Shown here: positions 18,230-27,115 of the stretch, piece by piece
Layout of the letters: every line of letters begins with the position of its first letter
Numbering within the stretch: the stretch's first letter is position 1
Source: Deltaproteobacteria bacterium
GTDB lineage: Bacteria > Desulfobacterota > Syntrophobacteria > BM002
Assembly (NCBI GenBank): GCA_020353155.1
Contig: CP070689.1
Coordinates: 3,105,299 to 3,169,298 of the forward strand
Length of the DNA: 64,000 nt
Direction: 5' to 3'
Program-made: the position numbers and the translations under genes
The notes under the pieces: model-generated
The model's database searches: none
What the model was told of the DNA's origin: nothing
The model's input: only the letters and a program-made list of their open reading frames with translations

Positions 18230-18387
18230 TTTTCATCTCGCATTTCGCCTACTTGGGTAGGACCAATATAGTAGGCTTATATTAAAATTATAAATCATAA
18301 CTTAAAAATGAAAAATGCGAAACTGGGAACCCGCTTGCGGGACTGAGCGGAGCAAAGCGAGCGCGAAGAAATGAAAAATGCGAAATG
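18227..18387. repeat. word arrays (CATTTTCATCTCGCATTTCGCC, and two 17-nt direct copies of AAATGAAAAATGCGAAA) flanking a GC-rich core hairpin
   Basis: The direct copies lie at about 18306-18322 and 18369-18385. The core is ctGGGAACCCGCttGCGGGACtgagcgg. The first word contains the nadB start codon. Confidence 0.7.
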
Positions 18388-18488
18388 TTGTTTTCACCTA
18401 CCACTTGAGATTTTCCTCTTCATTAGCCCTTTGAAAAAAATCCGGCCTCGTGATATATAGCTGCACGGATTGCTGCTGACAAGTTACT

Positions 18489-18743
18489 TTGGAGGTAAGC
18501 ATGGACACAGATCAGGTCGAGAAGAAAGAGCAGGTTGAAGAGGTTGAACAGGAAGAATCTGAATCTGCAATAGAATCGGTGGACCTGAACAGGGTCTTTC
18601 AGGAGGAAGAGCGCGATCTTAACACCATGTTTCCTGATGGTGAGATGAGGAAATTTCTCAGGCAGGTTGATAAAAATAGGCGCAGTAACCAAAGATTTCT
18701 CAAGGGGATGAAAAGGGACAAACTTTGGGAGGAAGATGAGTAG
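18489..18743 (+). CDS. hypothetical acidic protein
   Basis: 84 aa, E/D-rich. GGAGGT RBS 6 nt upstream. It overlaps the next gene by 8 nt (coupling). Confidence 0.55.
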   Translation: MEVSMDTDQVEKKEQVEEVEQEESESAIESVDLNRVFQEEERDLNTMFPDGEMRKFLRQVDKNRRSNQRFLKGMKRDKLWEEDE

Positions 18744-19404
18744 CACCAACTCCAAGACGATAGCGTCGCACCACGATGGAGCCATAAGAGCTGTAATATT
18801 TGACTGTGATGGTGTAATAGTAGATTCTCGTAAAGCAAATGCCTACCTTTACAATCAATTCCTCTCCCACTTCAACAAAGGGACTCTCAGCGAGGAGCAA
18901 ATCGATTATGTACACTGTCACACGCTGCAGGAGTCTCTGGAGTATTTGCTCGTCGATGACAGGCTAATTGAGGAGGCAAAGCGGCTTTGGCAGGAAATGG
19001 ACTATGGGCCTCTCATAGATTTACTTGCCTTAGAACCTGGATTGATAGAGTGTTTGGAAAAACTCACAGCCCGTTATAGAACTGCCATTGCCACAAGCCG
19101 AACACGGACGATGAAACAGTTACTGCAAAGATTTGGACTCGAACCGTACTTCGACATGGTAGTGACATCTCTTGATGTGCGCCATCCCAAGCCTCACCCG
19201 GAATCCCTCAATAAAATCCTTTCCTCTTTCGAGATCCCACCTCAGGCAGCTTGCTATGTCGGAGACTCCGATGTGGATCGGGAAACTAGCCAACGTGCGG
19301 GCGTACTTTTTATCGCTTACCGCAATGAAGAGCTCAAGGCAGACCATTATATCTCCCACTTCAATGAACTTATCCCATTGCTGGCAAAATACGGACAGAT
19401 ATAG
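18736..19404 (+). CDS. HAD-superfamily hydrolase (phosphoglycolate-phosphatase-like)
   Basis: HAD motif I VIFDCDGVIVDS, motif II ATSR, motif III/IV K...GDSDVD. Confidence 0.85.
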   Translation: MSSTNSKTIASHHDGAIRAVIFDCDGVIVDSRKANAYLYNQFLSHFNKGTLSEEQIDYVHCHTLQESLEYLLVDDRLIEEAKRLWQEMDYGPLIDLLALEPGLIECLEKLTARYRTAIATSRTRTMKQLLQRFGLEPYFDMVVTSLDVRHPKPHPESLNKILSSFEIPPQAACYVGDSDVDRETSQRAGVLFIAYRNEELKADHYISHFNELIPLLAKYGQI

Positions 19405-19428
19405 GGTGGGCACCGCCGTTCTATAACC

Positions 19429-19493
19429 AGGCACTAAGCACTAAGCACATTTTAATTTCACATTTTTCATTGCGCATTTCTCATTTTACATTT
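19429..19493. repeat. word arrays (GCACTAAG x2, then CATTTTTCATTGCGCATTTCTCATTTTACATTT)
   Basis: Two different word families are juxtaposed with no local complementary partner. The element lies between the HAD gene and the 19507 gene. Confidence 0.6.
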
Positions 19494-19506
19494 GAAATTG
19501 GGTGAA

Positions 19507-20250
19507 ATGCCGGACAAAGAACTACTTTTAATAGGTACGGTCCATAGGGATCCTGATGGCCCGGTCAAGCTGAGAAAGCTTCTGGCAGAAGAGCGCCCAG
19601 TAGCACTGGCAGTGGAGGTTAGTCCCTATGGGCTTTTCTACAGAAGAAGAAACTTCCGCCAATTGCGAAGGCGTCTTGTAAGAAGAGTAAAGAGGTTGGC
19701 TCTGGAGCTTGAGGTTTCCTGGCGAGACTGGGGACAGATCAATGCCATACAGCTTCAACTCGCAGTGCCCTTCGAATACCGCATGGGCCAGAAATATTGC
19801 CGAGATTCCGGTGCTGCACTCGCTTGCATAGACTCTTCGCTCTGGAGCAAAGAATGGATACATAAGCATTGGCAACTATTGCTAAGCAGCGAGAATCTCG
19901 AGGCCCTGCTGCAATGCTCTCCTGAGACACTTTCAAAAGAGGTTGCAAGGGAATACAAGATTGCCGCATTTCTCCTGAGCGAGAAAGATCAGTCATTTGC
20001 TTCAGCTTTCACTGGAACCTTTTATGCTGACTCCCGATGGCAGCAGCGAGAGGTAGAATTAGCACAAGTTCTAGAGGAAACTTACGCTCGAGTCCACGAG
20101 GGGCGAGTGGCCTATGTGGGAGGCTGGCAGCACTTGCTTCGCCCAAATAGTGGTGGCACTCTATATGATCGTCTTAAACATTTACAGCCCCGAAGAATTT
20201 TGCTCAATGACACCACTGGAGCAGGAAGAAGAGCACAATCAGCGAAGTAG
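19507..20250 (+). CDS. hypothetical protein, weakly TraB/GumN-like
   Basis: ORF with an ATG at 19507. N-terminal LLLIGTVHRDP and C-terminal VAYVGGWQHL resemble the GTxH...GxxH pattern of TraB/GumN proteins. The similarity is weak. Confidence 0.5.
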   Translation: MPDKELLLIGTVHRDPDGPVKLRKLLAEERPVALAVEVSPYGLFYRRRNFRQLRRRLVRRVKRLALELEVSWRDWGQINAIQLQLAVPFEYRMGQKYCRDSGAALACIDSSLWSKEWIHKHWQLLLSSENLEALLQCSPETLSKEVAREYKIAAFLLSEKDQSFASAFTGTFYADSRWQQREVELAQVLEETYARVHEGRVAYVGGWQHLLRPNSGGTLYDRLKHLQPRRILLNDTTGAGRRAQSAK

Positions 20251-20374
20251 GGGAAAGGTAAAGAGATGCGGGATGTGAGAATTGTCTTAGGTTTCTAAAT
20301 TTGGATCAAGGACTCATCAACCATAAATTGTGTTCCCTAAGTCCTTTGTGGTAGCATTCCCATCTCAGCCAAGC

Positions 20375-20380
20375 TAGAAT
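20375..20380 (+). promoter_or_regulatory. candidate -10 box (TAGAAT) for the SRP RNA
   Basis: TAGAAT ends 8 nt before the predicted RNA 5' end (20389). No good -35. Confidence 0.35.
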
Positions 20381-20388
20381 AAATGTGG

Positions 20389-20663
20389 CCCTTGGTCGTG
20401 CTAGATGGGGAGTTAGCGGTGCCCTGTAACCCGAAATCCGCTTATGCGGGATTGAATTCCCTGCAGAGAGTTACAGTTAGACCGGGGCCTGTCTGTGCTT
20501 GTTGCTGATTGGACACCGCGCAACAAACGGATACGAACCCCGTCAGGTCCGGGAGGAAGCAGCGGTAAGTATTGCAGTTTGTGTCGTGGTTACCTCTGAT
20601 CAGAGCTGCAACGCGGACGGTCCATGGGAAAGCTGAGCCCGAAGTGGGGTGCACGACCAAGGG
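20389..20663 (+). ncRNA. ffs: signal recognition particle RNA, long (Alu-domain-containing, Bacillus/archaeal-like) type
   Basis: Domain IV motif GTCAGGTCCGGGAGGAAGCAGCGGTAAG at about 20543-20570. 5' Alu-like motifs GGTGCCCTGTAACCC and GATTGAATTCC. A perfect 13-bp terminal helix joins 20389-20401 (cccttggtcgtgc) and 20651-20663 (gcacgaccaaggg). Confidence 0.85.
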
Positions 20664-20677
20664 TTTCTTCTATCTTA

Positions 20678-20704
20678 CCGCTGAGATCGCAGAGTACGCA
20701 GAGC
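20678..20704. repeat. left arm of the inverted repeat bracketing the GxxExxY gene (CGCAGAG-type words)
   Basis: ccgctgagatcgcagagtacgcagag matches the reverse complement of 21097-21122 at 20 of 26 positions (hand alignment). It ends 2 nt before the gene's stop codon. Confidence 0.7.
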
Positions 20705-20706
20705 TT

Positions 20707-21096
20707 TTATTCCTCAAGGTTCAAAACTAACCTGCGTATTCCTTTCCTAAGAACTTTTACATTAAAATTAAGCAATAATCCGACTTGGCAGCCGGAAAGC
20801 TTTAGATATGACAACAGCTGTGCCTCGTGTATCGGCTGCAATCTATCAACTGTCTTTAGCTCCACTATCACTTGTCCCTCTACAAGCAAATCCAACCGAT
20901 ACCCGCAGTCGAGTTTAACGCCTCTGTATCGCACTGGCATCGCCTTTTGTTGTTCCACCGCCAACCGACGTTCGGCCAGTTCGAAAGCCAGGCATGCCTC
21001 GTAGGCCGACTCCAACAAACCAGGCCCTAGTGCTTTGTGAACAGCCATCGCTGCACCGATGATAGCCTCTGTAATGGTATTTATATCTTTTGCCAT
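20707..21096 (-). CDS. GxxExxY-family protein (PD-(D/E)XK nuclease-like fold)
   Basis: 129 aa. [13 protein letters not shown] (GxxExxY), then D...E.K-like [16 protein letters not shown], and the typical C-terminal [19 protein letters not shown]. Confidence 0.85.
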   Translation of the reverse strand: MAKDINTITEAIIGAAMAVHKALGPGLLESAYEACLAFELAERRLAVEQQKAMPVRYRGVKLDCGYRLDLLVEGQVIVELKTVDRLQPIHEAQLLSYLKLSGCQVGLLLNFNVKVLRKGIRRLVLNLEE

Positions 21097-21122
21097 CTCT
21101 GCGCCCTCACCGCTCTCTGCGG
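21097..21122. repeat. right arm of the inverted repeat bracketing the GxxExxY gene
   Basis: ctctgcgccctcaccgctctctgcgg starts immediately after the start codon (21096) and ends 14 nt before the mazG stop. Confidence 0.7.
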
Positions 21123-21136
21123 TAATTCCTCAGGCT

Positions 21137-21907
21137 TCAAATTTCCCAGAGCGCTCTCTCTTCTTCCTTGGAAAGGTCCGGCCAGTCTTTTCCATTACTG
21201 ACAAAATTGGCTTCTATTTTCTCAATTTGGTTACAGAATTTTTCCATGGCCCCTGTAAGAGCTTCCTCTGCCCGAATCCCTGCGGGGACTGTAAGGGCCA
21301 CTAGGAGGAGCAGGAGCCTGCCAAGGTCGGCCGTGACCGCAGAGGCATCATTTTCGCCCTCCTGCACTAATAATATCGAAAAAGATCGGTGCAGTTCAGA
21401 AAGTAGGACCTCCCGGCTAAGGGGACGTTTCAATGTCCGGCCCAGTCGGGAAAGCATTCGGTATGCCCGCATGAGAGCGGGAAGTGCGCGTGGTATATCT
21501 TTGAAATTAGCACTTAGGGGCTTTTGTGGTTTTTCCTGCTGCTTAATCTCCTCCCAGTTGAGCTTGACCTGGCTAGCGGAATCTACCTTGCGATCCCCAA
21601 ACACATGGGGATGTCGACGCACCATTTTGTCGCCCACCCTGCGAAGTACCTGGTCCATCTGGAACTGCCCTTCTTCGCCATAGAGATGGGCTAGAAAAAT
21701 CGCCATGAAAATTAGATCGCCGAGTTCGTCAGCAACCTGATCTGGAGCTTGATGATCCACCGCATCTACAACTTCATAAACTTCCTCAAGAAGGTAGCGC
21801 TTAATGGTGGCGGGCGTCTGGTCACGATCCCAGGGGCAGCCATCCTCAGCCCGGAGTCGAGCCATTAACTCCATCAACCCTTCGAACTCTTTACCTGTTT
21901 CAGACAT
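21137..21907 (-). CDS. mazG: nucleoside triphosphate pyrophosphohydrolase MazG
   Basis: Tandem MazG domains (CPWDRDQT, EEVYEVVDAV, ELGDLIF). ATG at 21907 is preferred over the 5' hydrophobic extension. Confidence 0.85.
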   Translation of the reverse strand: MSETGKEFEGLMELMARLRAEDGCPWDRDQTPATIKRYLLEEVYEVVDAVDHQAPDQVADELGDLIFMAIFLAHLYGEEGQFQMDQVLRRVGDKMVRRHPHVFGDRKVDSASQVKLNWEEIKQQEKPQKPLSANFKDIPRALPALMRAYRMLSRLGRTLKRPLSREVLLSELHRSFSILLVQEGENDASAVTADLGRLLLLLVALTVPAGIRAEEALTGAMEKFCNQIEKIEANFVSNGKDWPDLSKEEERALWEI

Positions 21908-22084
21908 AATGTCACCTTGAGCAATGATGAGTTGTAAAGATTTAATCACAAAGAGCACAGAGAATATCATATGGCCCAGGATGATCATATTGATTTTGAC
22001 TTTTTCGGGGGAGATTTAAAAAAATGAGAATCTGACAGGGGAAATGGCTTTGTAAACCATATGCTCCCGGGAGGCAGGGAGAGT

Positions 22085-22645
22085 TCACTTTTTGATTTTT
22101 TTCTTTATCGATTCTGTGATCTTCTGTTGTTCCAGCCGACGGACGAGAGTTTCATGTCTTTTTTTATAACGGTCCCGCAGTTCCTTAGGGGTCAATTGCA
22201 CAAAATAATACCCCACCCTTTGGACATGCACGCATAGGAGGGAATCTGACAGGACGCGAGATTTGCCTGGAAGAAACAAAGTTAGCACCGCAACCAGCAT
22301 CACTGCTGTCACCAGACCCTTGAAAAACCCCAAAATGCCGCCAAGAAGACGGTCCGCCCACGCCATGAGCATAGCTCGACTAAGTTTAACAAACAGATAT
22401 CCTAGCAACACCACGGCCAACCAGGTAGCAGTATAGACAGCCAAGTAAGTAAAAACCTCGAGGTAGGAAAGTGAAGGAAAGTAACGCTTAAATAAGGGGA
22501 TTAGCCGGACGTAAAGATGACCAGCCACAACAAAGCCAGCAATAAGCCCTAACAGGGAAGCGACCTGTCGAATCATGCCGCGAATAAGTCCACGGATTAG
22601 GGCTATAGCCAATATCGTCAGGAGTATAAAATCGAGGATGTTCAT
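22085..22645 (-). CDS. cvpA: CvpA-family membrane protein
   Basis: 186 aa. N-terminus MNILDFILLTILAIALIRGLIRG and four TM segments are typical of CvpA. Confidence 0.8.
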   Translation of the reverse strand: MNILDFILLTILAIALIRGLIRGMIRQVASLLGLIAGFVVAGHLYVRLIPLFKRYFPSLSYLEVFTYLAVYTATWLAVVLLGYLFVKLSRAMLMAWADRLLGGILGFFKGLVTAVMLVAVLTLFLPGKSRVLSDSLLCVHVQRVGYYFVQLTPKELRDRYKKRHETLVRRLEQQKITESIKKKIKK

Positions 22646-22661
22646 AGCGTTTCCAAGAAGA

Positions 22662-22800
22662 GTCCGTTGTCAGTTGTCAGTTGGGTAAAAAAGAGAGCGA
22701 ATTGGGTGTGGAGCGCTAAAAAAAATGAGATGAATTCTTCTTAACGCGTCATCTCGTGGACATTAAGGGCAACTGACCACGGACCATGGACAACTTACCC
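22662..22800. repeat. complementary word tracts (GTCAGTTG / GTCCGT / GGGTAA versus CAACTGAC / ACGGAC / TTACCC)
   Basis: The left tract (22662-22688) and right tract (22768-22800) share complementary words. Their order is not that of a simple hairpin, so only local stems of 8-10 bp are supported. Confidence 0.45.
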
Positions 22801-22990
22801 GCGGATGGCGTAGGACGTACCAGATTCACACCAGGTCGTCAAGGATAAATGGCTTTTTTTATTGATGGAAGAGGAAATCGACAGACCAATGTCGCCCTCT
22901 CCGACTTGCAGCCGCTTGTAGTTTATGTTAGATATCCAAGCTGATTGGCAAGAAGAAGGAATAAGGAAAACCAAGTATGGCGCATGGGGA

Positions 22991-23054
22991 GGAAATTGCG
23001 AATTTCAAACTTAGAAATTAGGAATATTGGAACTCTATGCCCTATGCTCTTTGC
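22991..23054. repeat. word arrays (GGAAATTGCGAATTTC / GAAATTAGGAATATTGG, then CTCTATGCCCTATGCTCT)
   Basis: The same word families as at 9800-9850 and 16534-16560. It lies upstream of yjbQ. Confidence 0.6.
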
Positions 23055-23093
23055 CAACTGAGGGAATTGAGAAGCCAAGCGAGTTGAGAGATA

Positions 23094-23525
23094 ATGGACG
23101 TGGCTTTAGTTACTGAAACTGTTGAGATAAACAGCAAAATCGGTACAGACATCATTGACATAACTGGACTGGTAGGTCAGCATCTGACCCAGAGTGGCAT
23201 TATAAGCGGAACAGTGATTCTTTTTGTTCCTGGTTCGACAGGAGCACTCACCACTATCGAATATGAGAGCGGCGTCATCCGAGATCTTGCTGAGGCCATC
23301 GAGCGGTTAGTGCCGCGCGACATCCCCTACGCCCATGATCAGCGCTGGGGTGATGGTAACGGTTACTCTCATGTCCGTGCAGCCCTGTTGGGCCCCTCTT
23401 TACATATTCCTGTGGTGGATGGAAGGTTGAGCCTTGGTACCTGGCAGCAGATAGTGCTTATCAATTTCGACAACCGGGCGCGCCGCAGACGCCTGATTAT
23501 TCAGATCATGGGAGAAAAGGGATAG
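23094..23525 (+). CDS. yjbQ: YjbQ/UPF0047 family protein (secondary thiamine-phosphate synthase)
   Basis: 143 aa. Family pattern ...DITGLV..., [38 protein letters not shown]. Confidence 0.85.
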   Translation: MDVALVTETVEINSKIGTDIIDITGLVGQHLTQSGIISGTVILFVPGSTGALTTIEYESGVIRDLAEAIERLVPRDIPYAHDQRWGDGNGYSHVRAALLGPSLHIPVVDGRLSLGTWQQIVLINFDNRARRRRLIIQIMGEKG

Positions 23526-23535
23526 AGAGTGGTCC

Positions 23536-24516
23536 ATGAGTTTTAATTCTAGTGAAAATGGCTCTATACTCAGCTTTGACGATAACGCTCTTCTTCAAAA
23601 CCTCTGCGGCGAGAGAAACAGCAACCTTAAGCTCATTGAAGAAGCTCTCCAGGTAAAGCTCAACCTCCGTGGCGACCAGATTACCCTGTTTGGGGAAGAG
23701 GCAGATGTTAAGCTGGCACGAAGGGTCTTGAAAGAGCTTTACGGCTTGCTCAGAGAAGGCTATCCTCTCTATCCGAGTGATATCAACCATGCAATCCAGA
23801 TTTTAAGCGGCCAATTCAAGGCTCGTCTCAAAGATATCTTCCTAGATGCTGTCTATGTCACCTCCAAGAAAAGAATAATCACCCCTAAGTCTCTTGCTCA
23901 GAAAGACTACATAGAGGCTATTCGGAACTATGATATCGTATTTGGCATAGGTCCGGCGGGCACAGGAAAAACCTATTTGGCCATGGCTACTGCCATATCG
24001 GCCCTCAACGCTGGTAAAATCAATCGTATCATCCTGGTGCGTCCGGCGGTTGAAGCTGGTGAGAAACTGGGTTTTCTTCCCGGAGATCTAGCGGAAAAGG
24101 TAAACCCCTACCTGCGTCCGCTCTATGATGCCCTCCATGATATGGTTGATTTTGATCAGACTTCCGCCTTGCTGCAGCGAGGTGTCATTGAGGTAGCTCC
24201 TTTAGCCTTTATGAGAGGCCGCACCCTAAACGATTGTTTCGTTATTCTGGATGAAGCCCAAAACACAACTTCAGAGCAGATGAAAATGTTTTTGACCCGT
24301 CTGGGGATAAGTTCCAAGGCGGTAATCACTGGAGATATTACTCAGATTGATCTACCGAACGGGACAACTTCGGGGCTAATTGAGACCATGAAGATACTTG
24401 CCGGTATCCAAGGATTGAAATTCGTCTACTTTACTGATAAAGATGTCATTCGCCATCGACTGGTTCAAGATATAATCAAAGCATACGAAAAGGCTGAAAG
24501 AAAGAAGCGAAACTAA
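23536..24516 (+). CDS. phoH: PhoH-family ATPase
   Basis: 326 aa. Walker [12 protein letters not shown], and PhoH motifs [18 protein letters not shown] and FMRGRTL. Confidence 0.9.
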   Translation: MSFNSSENGSILSFDDNALLQNLCGERNSNLKLIEEALQVKLNLRGDQITLFGEEADVKLARRVLKELYGLLREGYPLYPSDINHAIQILSGQFKARLKDIFLDAVYVTSKKRIITPKSLAQKDYIEAIRNYDIVFGIGPAGTGKTYLAMATAISALNAGKINRIILVRPAVEAGEKLGFLPGDLAEKVNPYLRPLYDALHDMVDFDQTSALLQRGVIEVAPLAFMRGRTLNDCFVILDEAQNTTSEQMKMFLTRLGISSKAVITGDITQIDLPNGTTSGLIETMKILAGIQGLKFVYFTDKDVIRHRLVQDIIKAYEKAERKKRN

Positions 24517-24631
24517 ACAGTTACAGAGATATACTGGTCAACATCCGTGGCAGCAAAGGTGGAAATGGCTCACAATTTGCTTGCTCAAAAATAGCACCTA
24601 ATACTTTTTTCTTCCTGGGGCAAGGAACACT

Positions 24632-27115
24632 ATGGCGGTTCTAAAAAAACGACGACAGCAGAGCGGTGAATCCACGAGACGGTCAGCTAGCCATGATCGC
24701 CGTGATAGCGCTCAACCAACTGACAAAACTCTTACCCTTCTGTGGCAAAGGGTGCTTCTTCTTGTTGGTTTCAGTTTAATATTGGGAGTCTTGGTTACCC
24801 CTCACTATATTGTCCTGCCAGTCAACTTTCAGGTGGGAGATGTGGCAGACCATGATATCAAGGCAGCCCACGATTTCCTAGTGACAGACGAAGCAGCCAC
24901 CCAGAGAAAGAAAGAAGAGGCGGCGCAACAGTCTCTTACCGTGTATGATCTAGACGAAGAGACAGTCCAAAATCTGCATCAGAGACTCGGGGCTGTTTTT
25001 ACCCCCATGCGTTCTCTCTTTCACCAACCAGCCGAATCGAGTGTGGCGGCGAAGGGATCAAGCGCCAAGGGTCTCAGCGGAATCCATAAGTCCGGCAAAG
25101 AGCTGGCCCTGGAGCAAAAGAAGGATTTCGAGACCCAACTCGGCATAAACATCTCCGATACGGACTATGCCATTCTGATCAAAGAGAAATTTGATCCACG
25201 CATTGAGAACTCTATAATTGAACTGGTAGACAGTGTTTTAGCGGGCGGTGTAGTTGGCAATAAATCCTTTCTGCTCAGTCAGATCCAGAAGGGAATAATT
25301 CTTAGAAGCGTTCAAACCGGCGAGGAATCCAGGGTCATGGATCTCCTCAGATTTTTGAGCGCCGAGGATGCTCGACGGCAGCTCCGACTGAGAGCCGGTT
25401 CCATACTCGAAGAGGATGACAGGAGAGTGCGCACTGCGGTCGTGCATCTGGCCCAAGCACTGCTTCCGCCGAATGTAACTTTCAATCGCAATGAGACCGA
25501 ACTGCGCAGACAAAAGGCGGTAGAAGCCGTCAAGCCCGTCTTTTTTCAGGTAAAAAAAGGGGAGATGATTGTTCGCGAGGGCCAAAGGCTAGGTCAAGAG
25601 CAGGTGCTTAAGCTGCAAATGCAAGCCCAGGGCAAATTTGAGCGTGGGGTCATCTTTACCATGCTGGGCATTGCTTTGGTGGGCGGACTTCTCCTCTTGC
25701 TAACCGTTAACGTGGCGGGTAAATACGTCCGACAATTTCCAACCAAGATCAAGGATCTGCTATTTCTTGCCGTAGTGCTCACCATTTTACTCATACTCGC
25801 CAAACTCTCTGTAGGTGTGGCAGATGCAATACACAGTGGTTTTTCCTTTATCAGCCAGGAGGCCATCTTTTATATGCTGCCAATGGCTGCCGGGGCAATG
25901 CTGGTAACAATCTTCTTCGGCCCCACGATCGCCATCATATTCACCTTCTTCCTTGCTTTACTAGCTGCGTTAGTTCTAGACCGTCAGCTTGATTTATTGT
26001 TCTACTACCTCATTGGCTCTCTTGTAGCTGTTCAGGGAGTGGTAGTTTGCAGGGATCGCAGCACGCCCTTGAGGGCTGGGCTGACCGTCGGTTTAACCAA
26101 TGCTGTGGTCATACTTTTTATGACTTTCGCTTACCAAAAGTTGTTAACCACTCAGACGGGGGTTGCTCTGATTTTCGGCATCCTCGGAGGCATCCTGGCA
26201 GGTGTGGTCACCACCGGCTTGGGTCCCCTTGCCGAAATAGGATTTGGCTACACTACCGATGTTAAGCTTCTTGAGCTAGCCAGTATGGATCAGCCCTTGC
26301 TGAGACAACTCATGGTGCAGGTACCCGGCACCTATCATCACAGTATCGTGGTGGGCAACTTGGTAGAGGCGGCGGCCAAATCTATCGGAGCAAATTCGCT
26401 TCTAGCCAGAGTGTCTGCCTACTACCATGATATTGGCAAGATCAAGAAGCCCCTTTATTTTGTCGAGAATCAGGGAAGGGGAGAAAACAAGCACGAACGA
26501 TTGGCTCCGTCCATGAGCAGCCTTATTCTAATTTCACATGTTAAAGATGGAGTGGATCTGGCCAAGAATTATCGACTGGGTGAGGCAATTCAGGATATCA
26601 TCCAGCAGCACCATGGCACCAGTCTCATCACCTTTTTTTATCAAAAGGCGATAGATTTGCAGGAAAAGCTCAAGAGCAGCAAAGGAGGCGATGCACCGCC
26701 TGTTTCAGAACAGGACTATCGCTACCCCGGACCTAAACCGCAAACCAAAGAGGCCGGCCTGGTACTACTGGCAGATGCGGTGGAGGCGGCCTCCCGTACT
26801 CTTACTGATCCAACGGCTGCCAGGATTCAGGGACTGGTTCAGAAGATTGTCAACAGGATCTTCTCGGATGGGCAACTGGACGAATGCGAGCTGACACTCA
26901 AAGATCTGCATGAAATAGCAAAGAGCTTTATTCAGATTCTTATGGGAATATCACATCAGCGAATTGAATATCCCGAGCCTGCCGCCAAAGGTTCAGAAGG
27001 AAAAGCTCGCGCCAATGGAGATCCAGGTCAACGACCAACAAAACGAGATCGCAACGGAGCTCGAGAAGATAAAGACGAAGGCGAGGAAGATCTTAAACGC
27101 CTTGGCATGCTATGA
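24632..27115 (+). CDS. 7TM-receptor / HD(HDIG)-domain membrane phosphohydrolase (PgpH/YqfF-like)
   Basis: 827 aa. Extracellular N-domain, a 7-TM block, and a C-terminal HD domain (HHSIVVGNL, YYHDIGK, QHHGT). It holds the conserved position between phoH and ybeY. Confidence 0.85.
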   Translation: MAVLKKRRQQSGESTRRSASHDRRDSAQPTDKTLTLLWQRVLLLVGFSLILGVLVTPHYIVLPVNFQVGDVADHDIKAAHDFLVTDEAATQRKKEEAAQQSLTVYDLDEETVQNLHQRLGAVFTPMRSLFHQPAESSVAAKGSSAKGLSGIHKSGKELALEQKKDFETQLGINISDTDYAILIKEKFDPRIENSIIELVDSVLAGGVVGNKSFLLSQIQKGIILRSVQTGEESRVMDLLRFLSAEDARRQLRLRAGSILEEDDRRVRTAVVHLAQALLPPNVTFNRNETELRRQKAVEAVKPVFFQVKKGEMIVREGQRLGQEQVLKLQMQAQGKFERGVIFTMLGIALVGGLLLLLTVNVAGKYVRQFPTKIKDLLFLAVVLTILLILAKLSVGVADAIHSGFSFISQEAIFYMLPMAAGAMLVTIFFGPTIAIIFTFFLALLAALVLDRQLDLLFYYLIGSLVAVQGVVVCRDRSTPLRAGLTVGLTNAVVILFMTFAYQKLLTTQTGVALIFGILGGILAGVVTTGLGPLAEIGFGYTTDVKLLELASMDQPLLRQLMVQVPGTYHHSIVVGNLVEAAAKSIGANSLLARVSAYYHDIGKIKKPLYFVENQGRGENKHERLAPSMSSLILISHVKDGVDLAKNYRLGEAIQDIIQQHHGTSLITFFYQKAIDLQEKLKSSKGGDAPPVSEQDYRYPGPKPQTKEAGLVLLADAVEAASRTLTDPTAARIQGLVQKIVNRIFSDGQLDECELTLKDLHEIAKSFIQILMGISHQRIEYPEPAAKGSEGKARANGDPGQRPTKRDRNGAREDKDEGEEDLKRLGML

